64,000 nucleotides of DNA from the human T2T-CHM13v2.0 reference genome, Homo sapiens: the NCBI RefSeq assembly GCF_009914755.1, contig NC_060925.1; one strand, written 5' to 3'. Under the pieces are notes generated by a model. The model was not told where the DNA came from. It saw only the letters and a program-made list of their open reading frames with translations, and searched no databases. Every line of letters begins with the position of its first letter. Within the stretch, counting starts at the first letter, position 1. This document shows positions 1 to 12,300 of the stretch, piece by piece. A program made the position numbers and the translations under genes.

Positions 1-51
1 CATATTCTGCTAGACAGAGGAATTCTCAGAAACTTCCTTGTGTTGTGTGTA

Positions 52-70
52 TTCAACTCACAGAGTTGAA
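52..70. repeat. Short inverted repeat TTCAACTC-ACA-GAGTTGAA (8-bp arms, 3-nt loop), recurring in A and C dimers
   Basis: TTCAACTC is the exact reverse complement of GAGTTGAA. B dimers usually carry caactGacagag, which breaks one pair. Confidence 0.85.
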
Positions 71-317
71 CGATCCTTTACACAGAGCAGACTTGAAACA
101 CTCTTTTTGTGGAATTTGGAAGTGGAGATTTCAGCCGCTTTGAGGTCAATGGTAGAAAAGGAAATATCTTCGTATAAAGACAAGACAGAATGATTCTCAG
201 AAACTCCTTTGTGATGTGTGCGTTGAACTCACAGAGTTTAACCTTTCTTTTCATAGAGCAGTTAGGAAACACTCTGTTTGTAAAGTCTGCAAGTGGATAT
301 TCATTCCTCTTTGAGGC

Positions 318-334
318 CTTCGTTGGAAACGGGA
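318..334 (+). promoter_or_regulatory. CENP-B box (first canonical example; the position recurs every ~340 bp)
   Basis: CTTCGTTGGAAACGGGA matches the 17-bp CENP-B box with core nTTCGnnnnAnnCGGGn. Confidence 0.97.
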
Positions 335-3300
335 TTTCTTCATATTATGCTAGACAGAAGAGTTCTCAGTAACTTCCTTGTGTTGTGTGTATTCAACTCA
401 CAGAGTTGAACTTTCATTTAGAGAGAGCAGATTTGAAACACTGTTTTTGTGGAATTTGCAATTGGAGATTTCAAGTGCTTTGGGGCCAAAGGCAGAAAAG
501 GAAATATCTTCGTATAAAAACTAGACAGAATCATTCTCAGAAACTCCTTTGTGATGTGGGCGTTGAACTCACAGAGTTTAACCTTTCTTTTCATAGAGCA
601 GTTAGGAAACACTATGTTTGTAAAGTCTGCACGTGGATATTTGGACTTCTTTGAGGTCTTCGTTGGAAACGGGTTTTTTTCATGTAAGGCTGGACAGAAG
701 AATTCTCAGTAACTTCCTTGTGTTGTGTGTATTCAACTGACAGAGTTGAACATTGATTTAGAGAGACCAGATTTGAAACACTGTTTTTGTGGAATTTGCA
801 GGTGGAGATTTCATGTGCTTTGTGGACAAAGGCAGAAAAGGAAATATCTTGGTATAAAAAATAGACAGAATCATTCTCAGAAACTGCTGCGTGATGTGTG
901 TGTTCCACTCTCAGAGTTTAACTTTTCTTTTCATACAGCGGTTTGGAAACACTCTGTTTGTAAAGTCTGCAAGTGGATATTTTGACCACTTTGAGGCCTT
1001 CGATGGAAACGGGTTTTTTTCATGTAAGGCTAGACAGAAGAATTCCCAGTAACCTCCTTGTGTTGTGTGCATTCAACTCACAGAGTTGAACGTTCCCTTA
1101 GACAGAGCAGATTTGAAACACTCTATTTGTGCAATTTGCAAGTGTAGATTTCAAGCGCTTTAAGGTCAATGGCAGAAAAGGAAATATCTTCGTTTCAAAA
1201 CTAGACAGAATCATTCCCACAAACTGCGTTCTGATGTGTTCATTCAACTCACAGAGTTTAACCTTTCTGTTCATAGAGCAGTTAGGAAACACTCTGTTTG
1301 TAAAGTCTGTAAGTGGATATTCTGACATCTTGTGGCCTTCGTTGGAAACGGGATTTCTTCATATTCTGCTAGACAGAAGAATTCTCAGTAACTTCCTTGT
1401 GTTGTGTGTATTCAACTCACAGAGTTGAACGATCCTTTACACAGAGCAGACTTGAAACACTCTTTTTGTGGAATTTGCAAGTGGAGATTTCAGCCGCTTT
1501 GAGGTCAATAGTTGAAAAGGAAATATCTTCGTAGAAAAACTAGACAGAATGATTCTCAGAAACTCCTTTGTGATGTGGGCGTTCAACTCACAGAGTTTAA
1601 CCTTTCTTTTCACAGAGCAGTTAGGAAACACTCTGTTTGTAAAGTCTGCAAGTGGATATTCAGACCTCTTTGAGGCCTTCGTTGGAAACGGGTTTTCTAC
1701 ATATTATGCTAGACAGAAGAATTCTCAGTAAATTCCTTGTGTTGTGACTATTCAACTCACAGAGTTGAACGATCCTTTACACAGAGCAGACTTGAAACAC
1801 TCTTTTGTGGAATTTGCAAGTGGAGATTTCAGCCGCTTTGAGGTCAATAGTACAAAAGGAAATAACTTCGTAGAAAAACTAGACAGAATGATTCTCAGAA
1901 ACTCCTTTGTGATGTGGGCGTTGAAATCACAGTGTTTAACCTTTCTTTTCATAGAGCAGTTAGGAAACACTCTGTTTGTAAAGTCTGCACGTGGATATTT
2001 GGACTTCTTTGAGGTCTTCTTTGGAAACGGGTTTTTTTCATGTAAGGCTAGACAGAAGAATTCCCAGTAACTTCCTTGTGTTGTGTGCATTCAACTCACA
2101 GAATTGAACGTTCCCTTAGACAGAGCAGATTTTAAACACTCTATTTGTGCAATTTGCAAGTGTAGATTTCAAGCGCTTTAAGGTCAATGGCAGAAAAGAA
2201 AATATCTTCGTTTCAAAACTAGACAGAATCATTCCCACAAACTGCGTTGTGATGTGTTCGTTCAACTCACAGAGTTTAACCTTTCTGTTCATAGAGCAGT
2301 TAGGAAACACTCTGTTTGTAAAGTCTGTAAGTGGATATTCTGACATCTTGTGGCCTTCGTTGGAAACGGGATTTCTTAATATTCTCCTAGACAGAAGAAT
2401 TCTCAGTAACTTCCTTGTGTTGTGTGTATTCAACTCACAGAGTTGAACGATCCTTTACACAGAGCAGACTTGAAACACTCTTTTTGTGGAATTTGCATGT
2501 GGAGATTTCAGCCGCTTTGAGGTCAGTGGTAGAAAAGGAAAAATCTTCGTATAGAAACAAGACAGAATGATTCTCAGAAACTCCTTTGTGATGTGTGCGT
2601 TCAACTCACAGAGTTTAACCTTTCTTTTCATAGAGCAGTTAGGAAACACTCTGTTTGTAAAGTCTGCAAGTGGATATTCAGACCTCTTTGAGGCCTTCGT
2701 TGGAAAAGGGATTTCTTCATATTCTGCTAGACAGAAGAATTCTCAGTCACTTCCTTGTGTTGTGTGTATTCAACTCACAGAGTTGAACGATCCTTTACAC
2801 AGAGCAGACTTGAAACACTCTTTTTGTGGAATTTGCAAGTGGAGATTTCAGCCGCTTTGAGGTCAATGGTAGAAAAGGAAATATCTTCGTATAAAGACTA
2901 GACAGAATGATTCTCAGAAACTCCTTGGTGATGTGTGCGTTCAACTCACAGAGTTTAACTTTTCTTTTCATAGAGCAGTTAGGAAACACTCTGTTTGTAA
3001 AGTCTGCAAGTGGATATTCAGACCTCTTTGAGGCCTTCGTTGGAAACGGGATTTCTTCATATTCTGCTAGACAGAATAATTCTCAGTAACTTCCTTGTGT
3101 TGTGTGTATTCAACTCACAGAGTTGAACGATCCTTTACAGAGAGCAGACTTGAAACACTCTTTTTGTGGAATTTGCAAGTGGAGATTTCAGCCGCTTTGA
3201 GGTCAATGGTAGAATACGAAATATCTTCCTATAGAAACTACACAGAATGATTCTCAGAAACTCCTTTGTGATGTGTGTGTTCAACTCACAGAGTTTAACC

Positions 3301-6300
3301 TTTCTTTTCATAGAGCAGTTAGTAAACACTCTGTTTATAAAGTCTGCAAGTGGATATTCAGACCCCTTTGAGGCCTTCGTTGGAAACGGGATTTCTTCAT
3401 ATTATGCTAGACAGAAGAATTCTCAGTAACTTCCTTGTGTTGTGTGTATTCAACTGACAGAGTTGAACTTTCATTTAGAGAGAGCAGATTTGAAACACTG
3501 TTTTTGTGGAATTTGCAAGTGGAGATTTCAAGCGCTTTGGGGCCAAAGGCAGAAAACGAAATATCTTCGTATAAAAACTAGACAGAATCATTCTCAGAAA
3601 CTGCTGCGTGATGTGTGCGTTCAACTCTCAGAGTTTAACTTTTCTTTTCATTCAGCGGTTTGGAAACACTCTGTTTGTAAAGTCTGCACGTGGGTATTTT
3701 GACCACTTAGAGGCCTTCGTTGGAAACGGGTTTTTTTCATGTAAGGCTAGACAGAAGAATTCCCAGTAACTTCCTTGTGTTGTGTGCATTCAACTCACAG
3801 AGTTGAACGTTCCCTTAGACAGAGCAGATTTGAAACACTCTATTTGTGCAATTTGCAATTGTAGATTTCAAGCGCTTTAAGGTCAATGGCAGAAAAGGAA
3901 ATATCTTCGTTTCAAAACTAGACAGAATCATTCCCACAAACTGCGTTGTGATGTGTTCATTCAACTCACAGAGTTTAACCTTTCTGTTCATAGAGCAGTT
4001 AGGAAACACTCTGTTTGTAAAGTCTGTAAGTGGATATTCTGACATCTTGTGGCCTTCGTTGGAAATGGGATTTCTTCATATTCTGCTGGACAGAAGAATT
4101 CTCAGTAACTTCCTTCTGTTGTGTGTATTCAACTCACAGAATTGAACGATCCTTTACACAGAGCAGACTTGACACACTCTTTTTGTGGAATTTGCAAGTG
4201 GAGATTTCAGCCGCTTTGAGGTCAATGGTAGAAAAGGAAAAATCTTCGTATAGAAACAAGACAGAATGATTCTCGGAAACTCCTTTGTGATGTGTGCGTT
4301 CAACTCACAGAGTTTAAACTTTCTTTTCGTAGAGCAGTTAGGAAACACTCTGTCTGTAAAGTCTGCAAGTGGATATTCAGACCTCCTTGAGGCCTTCGTT
4401 GGAAACGGGATTTCTTCATATTCTGCTAGACAGAAGAATTCTCAGTAACTTCCTTGTGTTGTGTGTATTCAACTCACAGAGTTGAACGATCCTTTACACA
4501 GAGCAGACTTGAAACACTCTTTTTGTGGAATTTGCAAGTGGAGATTTCAGCCGCTTTGAGGTCAATGATAGAAAAGGAAATATGTTCCTATAGAAACTAG
4601 ACAGAATGATTCTCATAAACTCCTTTGTGATGTGTGCGTTCAACTCACAGGGTTTAACCTTTCTTTTCATAGAGCAGTTAGGAAACACTCTGTTTGTAAA
4701 GTCTGCAAGTGGATATTCAGACCTCTTTGAGGCCTTCGTTGGAAACGGGATTTTTTCATATTCTGCTAGACAGAAGAATTCTCAGTAACTTCCTTGTGTT
4801 GTGTGTATTCAACTCACAGAGTTGAACGATCCTTTACACAGAGCAGACTTGAAACACTCTTTTTGTGGAATTTGCAAGTGGAGATTTCAGACGCTTTGAG
4901 GTCAATGGTAGAATAGGAAATATCTTCCTATAGAAACTAGACAGAATGATTCTCAGAAACTCCTTTGTGATGTGTGCGTTCAACTCACAGAGATTAACCT
5001 TTCTTTTCATAGAGCAGTTAGGAAGCACTCTGTTTGAAAAGTCTGCAAGTGGATATTCAGACCTCCTTGAGGCCTTCATTGGAAAAGGGATTTCTACATA
5101 TTGTGCTAGACAGAAGAATTCTCACTAACTTCCTTGTGTTGTGTGTATTGAACTCACAGAGTTGAACGATCCTTTACATAGAGCAGACTTGAAACACTCT
5201 TTTTGTGGAATTTGCAAGTGGAGATTTCAGCTGCTTTTAGGTCAATGGTAGAATAGGAAATATCTTCCTATAGAAACTAGACAGAATGATTCTCAGAAAC
5301 TCCTTTGTGATGTGTGCGTTCAACTCACAGTTTAACCTTTCTTTTCATAGAGCAGTTAGGAAACACTCCGTTTGTAAAGTCTGCAAGTGGATATTCAGAC
5401 CTCTTTGAGGCTTTCGTTGGAACAGGATTTCTTCATATTCTGCTAGACAGAAGAATTCTCAGAAACTTCCTTGTGCTGTGTGCATTCAACTCACAGAGTT
5501 GAACGATACTTTACACAGAGCAGACTTGAAACACTCTTTTTGTGGAATTTGCAAGTGGAGATTTCAGACGCTTTGAGGTCAATGGTAGAATAGGAAATAT
5601 CTTCCTATAGAAACTAGACAGAATGATTCTCAGAAACTCCTTTGTGATGTGTGCGTTCAACTCACAGAGTTTAACCTTTCTTTTCACAGAGCAGTTAGGA
5701 AACACTCTGTTTGTAAAGTCTGCAAGTGGATATTCAGACCTCTTTGAGGCCTTCGTTGGAAAAGGGATTTCTTCATTTTATGCTAGACAGAAGAATTCTC
5801 AGTAACTTCCTTGTGTTGTGTGTATTGAACTCACAGAGTTGAACGATCCTTTACACAGAGCAGACTTGAAACACTCTTTTTGTGGAATTTGCAAGTGGAG
5901 ATTTCATCCACTTTAAGGTCAATGGTAGAATAGGAAATATCTTCCTATAGAAACTAGACAGAATGATTCTCAGAAACTCCTTTGTGATGTGTGCGTTCAA
6001 TTCACAGAGTTTAACCTTTCTATTCATAGAGCAGTTAGGAAACACTGTGTTTGTAAAGTCTGCAAGTGGATATTCAGACCTCTTTGAGGCTTTCGTTGGA
6101 AACGGGATTTCTTCATATTCTGCTAGACAGAGGAATTCTCAGAAACTTCCTTGTGTTGTGTGTATTCAACTCACAGAGTTGAACGATCCTTTACACAGAG
6201 CAGACTTGAAACACTCTTTTTGTGGAATTTGGAAGTGGAGATTTCAGCCGCTTTGAGGTCAATGGTAGAAAAGGAAATATCTTCGTATAAAGACAAGACA

Positions 6301-9300
6301 GAATGATTCTCAGAAACTCCTTTGTGATGTGTGCGTTGAACTCACAGAGTTTAACCTTTCTTTTCATAGAGCAGTTAGGAAACACTCTGTTTGTAAAGTC
6401 TGCAAGTGGATATTCATTCCTCTTTGAGGCCTTCGTTGGAAACGGGATTTCTTCATATTATGCTAGACAGAAGAGTTCTCAGTAACTTCCTTGTGTTGTG
6501 TGTATTCAACTCACAGAGTTGAACTTTCATTTAGAGAGAGCAGATTTGAAACACTGTTTTTGTGGAATTTGCAATTGGAGATTTCAAGTGCTTTGGGGCC
6601 AAAGGCAGAAAAGGAAATATCTTCGTATAAAAACTAGACAGAATCATTCTCAGAAACTCCTTTGTGATGTGGGCGTTGAACTCACAGAGTTTAACCTTTC
6701 TTTTCATAGAGCAGTTAGGAAACACTATGTTTGTAAAGTCTGCACGTGGATATTTGGACTTCTTTGAGGTCTTCGTTGGAAACGGGTTTTTTTCATGTAA
6801 GGCTGGACAGAAGAATTCTCAGTAACTTCCTTGTGTTGTGTGTATTCAACTGACAGAGTTGAACATTGATTTAGAGAGACCAGATTTGAAACACTGTTTT
6901 TGTGGAATTTGCAGGTGGAGATTTCATGTGCTTTGTGGACAAAGGCAGAAAAGGAAATATCTTGGTATAAAAAATAGACAGAATCATTCTCAGAAACTGC
7001 TGCGTGATGTGTGTGTTCCACTCTCAGAGTTTAACTTTTCTTTTCATACAGCGGTTTGGAAACACTCTGTTTGTAAAGTCTGCAAGTGGATATTTTGACC
7101 ACTTTGAGGCCTTCGATGGAAACGGGTTTTTTTCATGTAAGGCTAGACAGAAGAATTCCCAGTAACCTCCTTGTGTTGTGTGCATTCAACTCACAGAGTT
7201 GAACGTTCCCTTAGACAGAGCAGATTTGAAACACTCTATTTGTGCAATTTGCAAGTGTAGATTTCAAGCGCTTTAAGGTCAATGGCAGAAAAGGAAATAT
7301 CTTCGTTTCAAAACTAGACAGAATCATTCCCACAAACTGCGTTCTGATGTGTTCGTTCAACTCACAGAGTTTAACCTTTCTGTTCATAGAGCAGTTAGGA
7401 AACACTCTGTTTGTAAAGTCTGTAAGTGGATATTCTGACATCTTGTGGCCTTCGTTGGAAACGGGATTTCTTCATATTCTGCTAGACAGAAGAATTCTCA
7501 GTAACTTCCTTGTGTTGTGTGTATTCAACTCACAGAGTTGAACGATCCTTTACACAGAGCAGACTTGAAACACTCTTTTTGTGGAATTTGCAAGTGGAGA
7601 TTTCAGCCGCTTTGAGGTCAATAGTTGAAAAGGAAATATCTTCGTAGAAAAACTAGACAGAATGATTCTCAGAAACTCCTTTGTGATGTGGGCGTTCAAC
7701 TCACAGAGTTTAACCTTTCTTTTCACAGAGCAGTTAGGAAACACTCTGTTTGTAAAGTCTGCAAGTGGATATTCAGACCTCTTTGAGGCCTTCGTTGGAA
7801 ACGGGTTTTCTACATATTATGCTAGACAGAAGAATTCTCAGTAAATTCCTTGTGTTGTGACTATTCAACTCACAGAGTTGAACGATCCTTTACACAGAGC
7901 AGACTTGAAACACTCTTTTGTGGAATTTGCAAGTGGAGATTTCAGCCGCTTTGAGGTCAATAGTACAAAAGGAAATAACTTCGTAGAAAAACTAGACAGA
8001 ATGATTCTCAGAAACTCCTTTGTGATGTGGGCGTTGAAATCACAGTGTTTAACCTTTCTTTTCATAGAGCAGTTAGGAAACACTCTGTTTGTAAAGTCTG
8101 CACGTGGATATTTGGACTTCTTTGAGGTCTTCTTTGGAAACGGGTTTTTTTCATGTAAGGCTAGACAGAAGAATTCCCAGTAACTTCCTTGTGCTGTGTG
8201 CATTCAACTCACAGAATTGAACGTTCCCTTAGACAGAGCAGATTTTAAACACTCTATTTGTGCAATTTGCAAGTGTAGATTTCAAGCGCTTTAAGGTCAA
8301 TGGCAGAAAAGAAAATATCTTCGTTTCAAAACTAGACAGAATCATTCCCACAAACTGCGTTGTGATGTGTTCGTTCAACTCACAGAGTTTAACCTTTCTG
8401 TTCATAGAGCAGTTAGGAAACACTCTGTTTGTAAAGTCTGTAAGTGGATATTCTGACATCTTGTGGCCTTCGTTGGAAACGGGATTTCTTAATATTCTCC
8501 TAGACAGAAGAATTCTCAGTAACTTCCTTGTGTTGTGTGTATTCAACTCACAGAGTTGAACGATCCTTTACACAGAGCAGACTTGAAACACTCTTTTTGT
8601 GGAATTTGCATGTGGAGATTTCAGCCGCTTTGAGGTCAGTGGTAGAAAAGGAAAAATCTTCGTATAGAAACAAGACAGAATGATTCTCAGAAACTCCTTT
8701 GTGATGTGTGCGTTCAACTCACAGAGTTTAACCTTTCTTTTCATAGAGCAGTTAGGAAACACTCTGTTTGTAAAGTCTGCAAGTGGATATTCAGACCTCT
8801 TTGAGGCCTTCGTTGGAAAAGGGATTTCTTCATATTCTGCTAGACAGAAGAATTCTCAGTCACTTCCTTGTGTTGTGTGTATTCAACTCACAGAGTTGAA
8901 CGATCCTTTACACAGAGCAGACTTGAAACACTCTTTTTGTGGAATTTGCAAGTGGAGATTTCAGCCGCTTTGAGGTCAATGGTAGAAAAGGAAATATCTT
9001 CGTATAAAGACTAGACAGAATGATTCTCAGAAACTCCTTGGTGATGTGTGCGTTCAACTCACAGAGTTTAACTTTTCTTTTCATAGAGCAGTTAGGAAAC
9101 ACTCTGTTTGTAAAGTCTGCAAGTGGATATTCAGACCTCTTTGAGGCCTTCGTTGGAAACGGGATTTCTTCATATTCTGCTAGACAGAATAATTCTCAGT
9201 AACTTCCTTGTGTTGTGTGTATTCAACTCACAGAGTTGAACGATCCTTTACAGAGAGCAGACTTGAAACACTCTTTTTGTGGAATTTGCAAGTGGAGATT

Positions 9301-12300
9301 TCAGCCGCTTTGAGGTCAATGGTAGAATACGAAATATCTTCCTATAGAAACTACACAGAATGATTCTCAGAAACTCCTTTGTGATGTGTGTGTTCAACTC
9401 ACAGAGTTTAACCTTTCTTTTCATAGAGCAGTTAGTAAACACTCTGTTTATAAAGTCTGCAAGTGGATATTCAGACCCCTTTGAGGCCTTCGTTGGAAAC
9501 GGGATTTCTTCATATTATGCTAGACAGAAGAATTCTCAGTAACTTCCTTGTGTTGTGTGTATTCAACTGACAGAGTTGAACTTTCATTTAGAGAGAGCAG
9601 ATTTGAAACACTGTTTTTGTGGAATTTGCAAGTGGAGATTTCAAGCGCTTTGGGGCCAAAGGCAGAAAACGAAATATCTTCGTATAAAAACTAGACAGAA
9701 TCATTCTCAGAAACTGCTGCGTGATGTGTGCGTTCAACTCTCAGAGTTTAACTTTTCTTTTCATTCAGCGGTTTGGAAACACTCTGTTTGTAAAGTCTGC
9801 ACGTGGGTATTTTGACCACTTAGAGGCCTTCGTTGGAAACGGGTTTTTTTCATGTAAGGCTAGACAGAAGAATTCCCAGTAACTTCCTTGTGTTGTGTGC
9901 ATTCAACTCACAGAGTTGAACGTTCCCTTAGACAGAGCAGATTTGAAACACTCTATTTGTGCAATTTGCAATTGTAGATTTCAAGCGCTTTAAGGTCAAT
10001 GGCAGAAAAGGAAATATCTTCGTTTCAAAACTAGACAGAATCATTCCCACAAACTGCGTTGTGATGTGTTCATTCAACTCACAGAGTTTAACCTTTCTGT
10101 TCATAGAGCAGTTAGGAAACACTCTGTTTGTAAAGTCTGTAAGTGGATATTCTGACATCTTGTGGCCTTCGTTGGAAATGGGATTTCTTCATATTCTGCT
10201 GGACAGAAGAATTCTCAGTAACTTCCTTCTGTTGTGTGTATTCAACTCACAGAATTGAACGATCCTTTACACAGAGCAGACTTGACACACTCTTTTTGTG
10301 GAATTTGCAAGTGGAGATTTCAGCCGCTTTGAGGTCAATGGTAGAAAAGGAAAAATCTTCGTATAGAAACAAGACAGAATGATTCTCGGAAACTCCTTTG
10401 TGATGTGTGCGTTCAACTCACAGAGTTTAAACTTTCTTTTCGTAGAGCAGTTAGGAAACACTCTGTCTGTAAAGTCTGCAAGTGGATATTCAGACCTCCT
10501 TGAGGCCTTCGTTGGAAACGGGATTTCTTCATATTCTGCTAGACAGAAGAATTCTCAGTAACTTCCTTGTGTTGTGTGTATTCAACTCACAGAGTTGAAC
10601 GATCCTTTACACAGAGCAGACTTGAAACACTCTTTTTGTGGAATTTGCAAGTGGAGATTTCAGCCGCTTTGAGGTCAATGATAGAAAAGGAAATATGTTC
10701 CTATAGAAACTAGACAGAATGATTCTCATAAACTCCTTTGTGATGTGTGCGTTCAACTCACAGGGTTTAACCTTTCTTTTCATAGAGCAGTTAGGAAACA
10801 CTCTGTTTGTAAAGTCTGCAAGTGGATATTCAGACCTCTTTGAGGCCTTCGTTGGAAACGGGATTTTTTCATATTCTGCTAGACAGAAGAATTCTCAGTA
10901 ACTTCCTTGTGTTGTGTGTATTCAACTCACAGAGTTGAACGATCCTTTACACAGAGCAGACTTGAAACACTCTTTTTGTGGAATTTGCAAGTGGAGATTT
11001 CAGACGCTTTGAGGTCAATGGTAGAATAGGAAATATCTTCCTATAGAAACTAGACAGAATGATTCTCAGAAACTCCTTTGTGATGTGTGCGTTCAACTCA
11101 CAGAGATTAACCTTTCTTTTCATAGAGCAGTTAGGAAGCACTCTGTTTGAAAAGTCTGCAAGTGGATATTCAGACCTCCTTGAGGCCTTCATTGGAAAAG
11201 GGATTTCTACATATTGTGCTAGACAGAAGAATTCTCACTAACTTCCTTGTGTTGTGTGTATTGAACTCACAGAGTTGAACGATCCTTTACATAGAGCAGA
11301 CTTGAAACACTCTTTTTGTGGAATTTGCAAGTGGAGATTTCAGCTGCTTTTAGGTCAATGGTAGAATAGGAAATATCTTCCTATAGAAACTAGACAGAAT
11401 GATTCTCAGAAACTCCTTTGTGATGTGTGCGTTCAACTCACAGTTTAACCTTTCTTTTCATAGAGCAGTTAGGAAACACTCTGTTTGTAAAGTCTGCAAG
11501 TGGATATTCAGACCTCTTTGAGGCTTTCGTTGGAACAGGATTTCTTCATATTCTGCTAGACAGAAGAATTCTCAGAAACTTCCTTGTGCTGTGTGCATTC
11601 AACTCACAGAGTTGAACGATACTTTACACAGAGCAGACTTGAAACACTCTTTTTGTGGAATTTGCAAGTGGAGATTTCAGACGCTTTGAGGTCAATGGTA
11701 GAATAGGAAATATCTTCCTATAGAAACTAGACAGAATGATTCTCAGAAACTCCTTTGTGATGTGTGCGTTCAACTCACAGAGTTTAACCTTTCTTTTCAC
11801 AGAGCAGTTAGGAAACACTCTGTTTGTAAAGTCTGCAAGTGGATATTCAGACCTCTTTGAGGCCTTCGTTGGAAAAGGGATTTCTTCATTTTATGCTAGA
11901 CAGAAGAATTCTCAGTAACTTCCTTCTGTTGTGTGTATTCAACTCACAGAGTTGAACGTTCCTTTACACACAGCAGACTTGAAACACTCTTTTTGTGGAA
12001 TTTGCAAGTGGAGATTTCAGCCGCTTTGTGGTCAATGGTAGAAAAGGAAATATCTTCGTATAAAAACTAGACAGAATGATTCTCAGAAACTCCTTTGTGA
12101 TGTGGGCGTTGAACTCACAGAGTTTAACCTTTCTTTTCATAGAGCAGTTAGGAAACACTCTGTTTGTAACGTCTGCACGTGGATATTTGGACTTCTTTCA
12201 GGTCTTCGTTGGAAACGGGTTTTTTTCATGTAAGGCTAGACAGAAGAATTCTCAGTAACTTCCTTGTGTTGTGTGTATTCAACTGACAAAGTTGAACTTT

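Larger units (their letters stand above)
1..11925 (+). repeat. Tandem duplication with a 6,113-bp period (18 dimers / 36-mer); the first copy is truncated by the window start
   Basis: ORFs recur at +6113 (78/6191, 1129/7242, 5623/11736). Identity ends at 5813 G versus 11926 C. I noticed only three differences: 1242/7355, 2081/8194 and 5369/11482. Confidence 0.95.

Noticed and set aside
630-635. E-box CACGTG in B-type monomers
   Set aside because: A 6-bp motif created by one substitution of caagtg in the repeat; there is no evidence of regulatory function.
671-681. GGG followed by a T-run (gggttttttt) resembling a terminator
   Set aside because: It is a fixed part of the B-type monomer after the CENP-B box, with no stem-loop or transcription unit.
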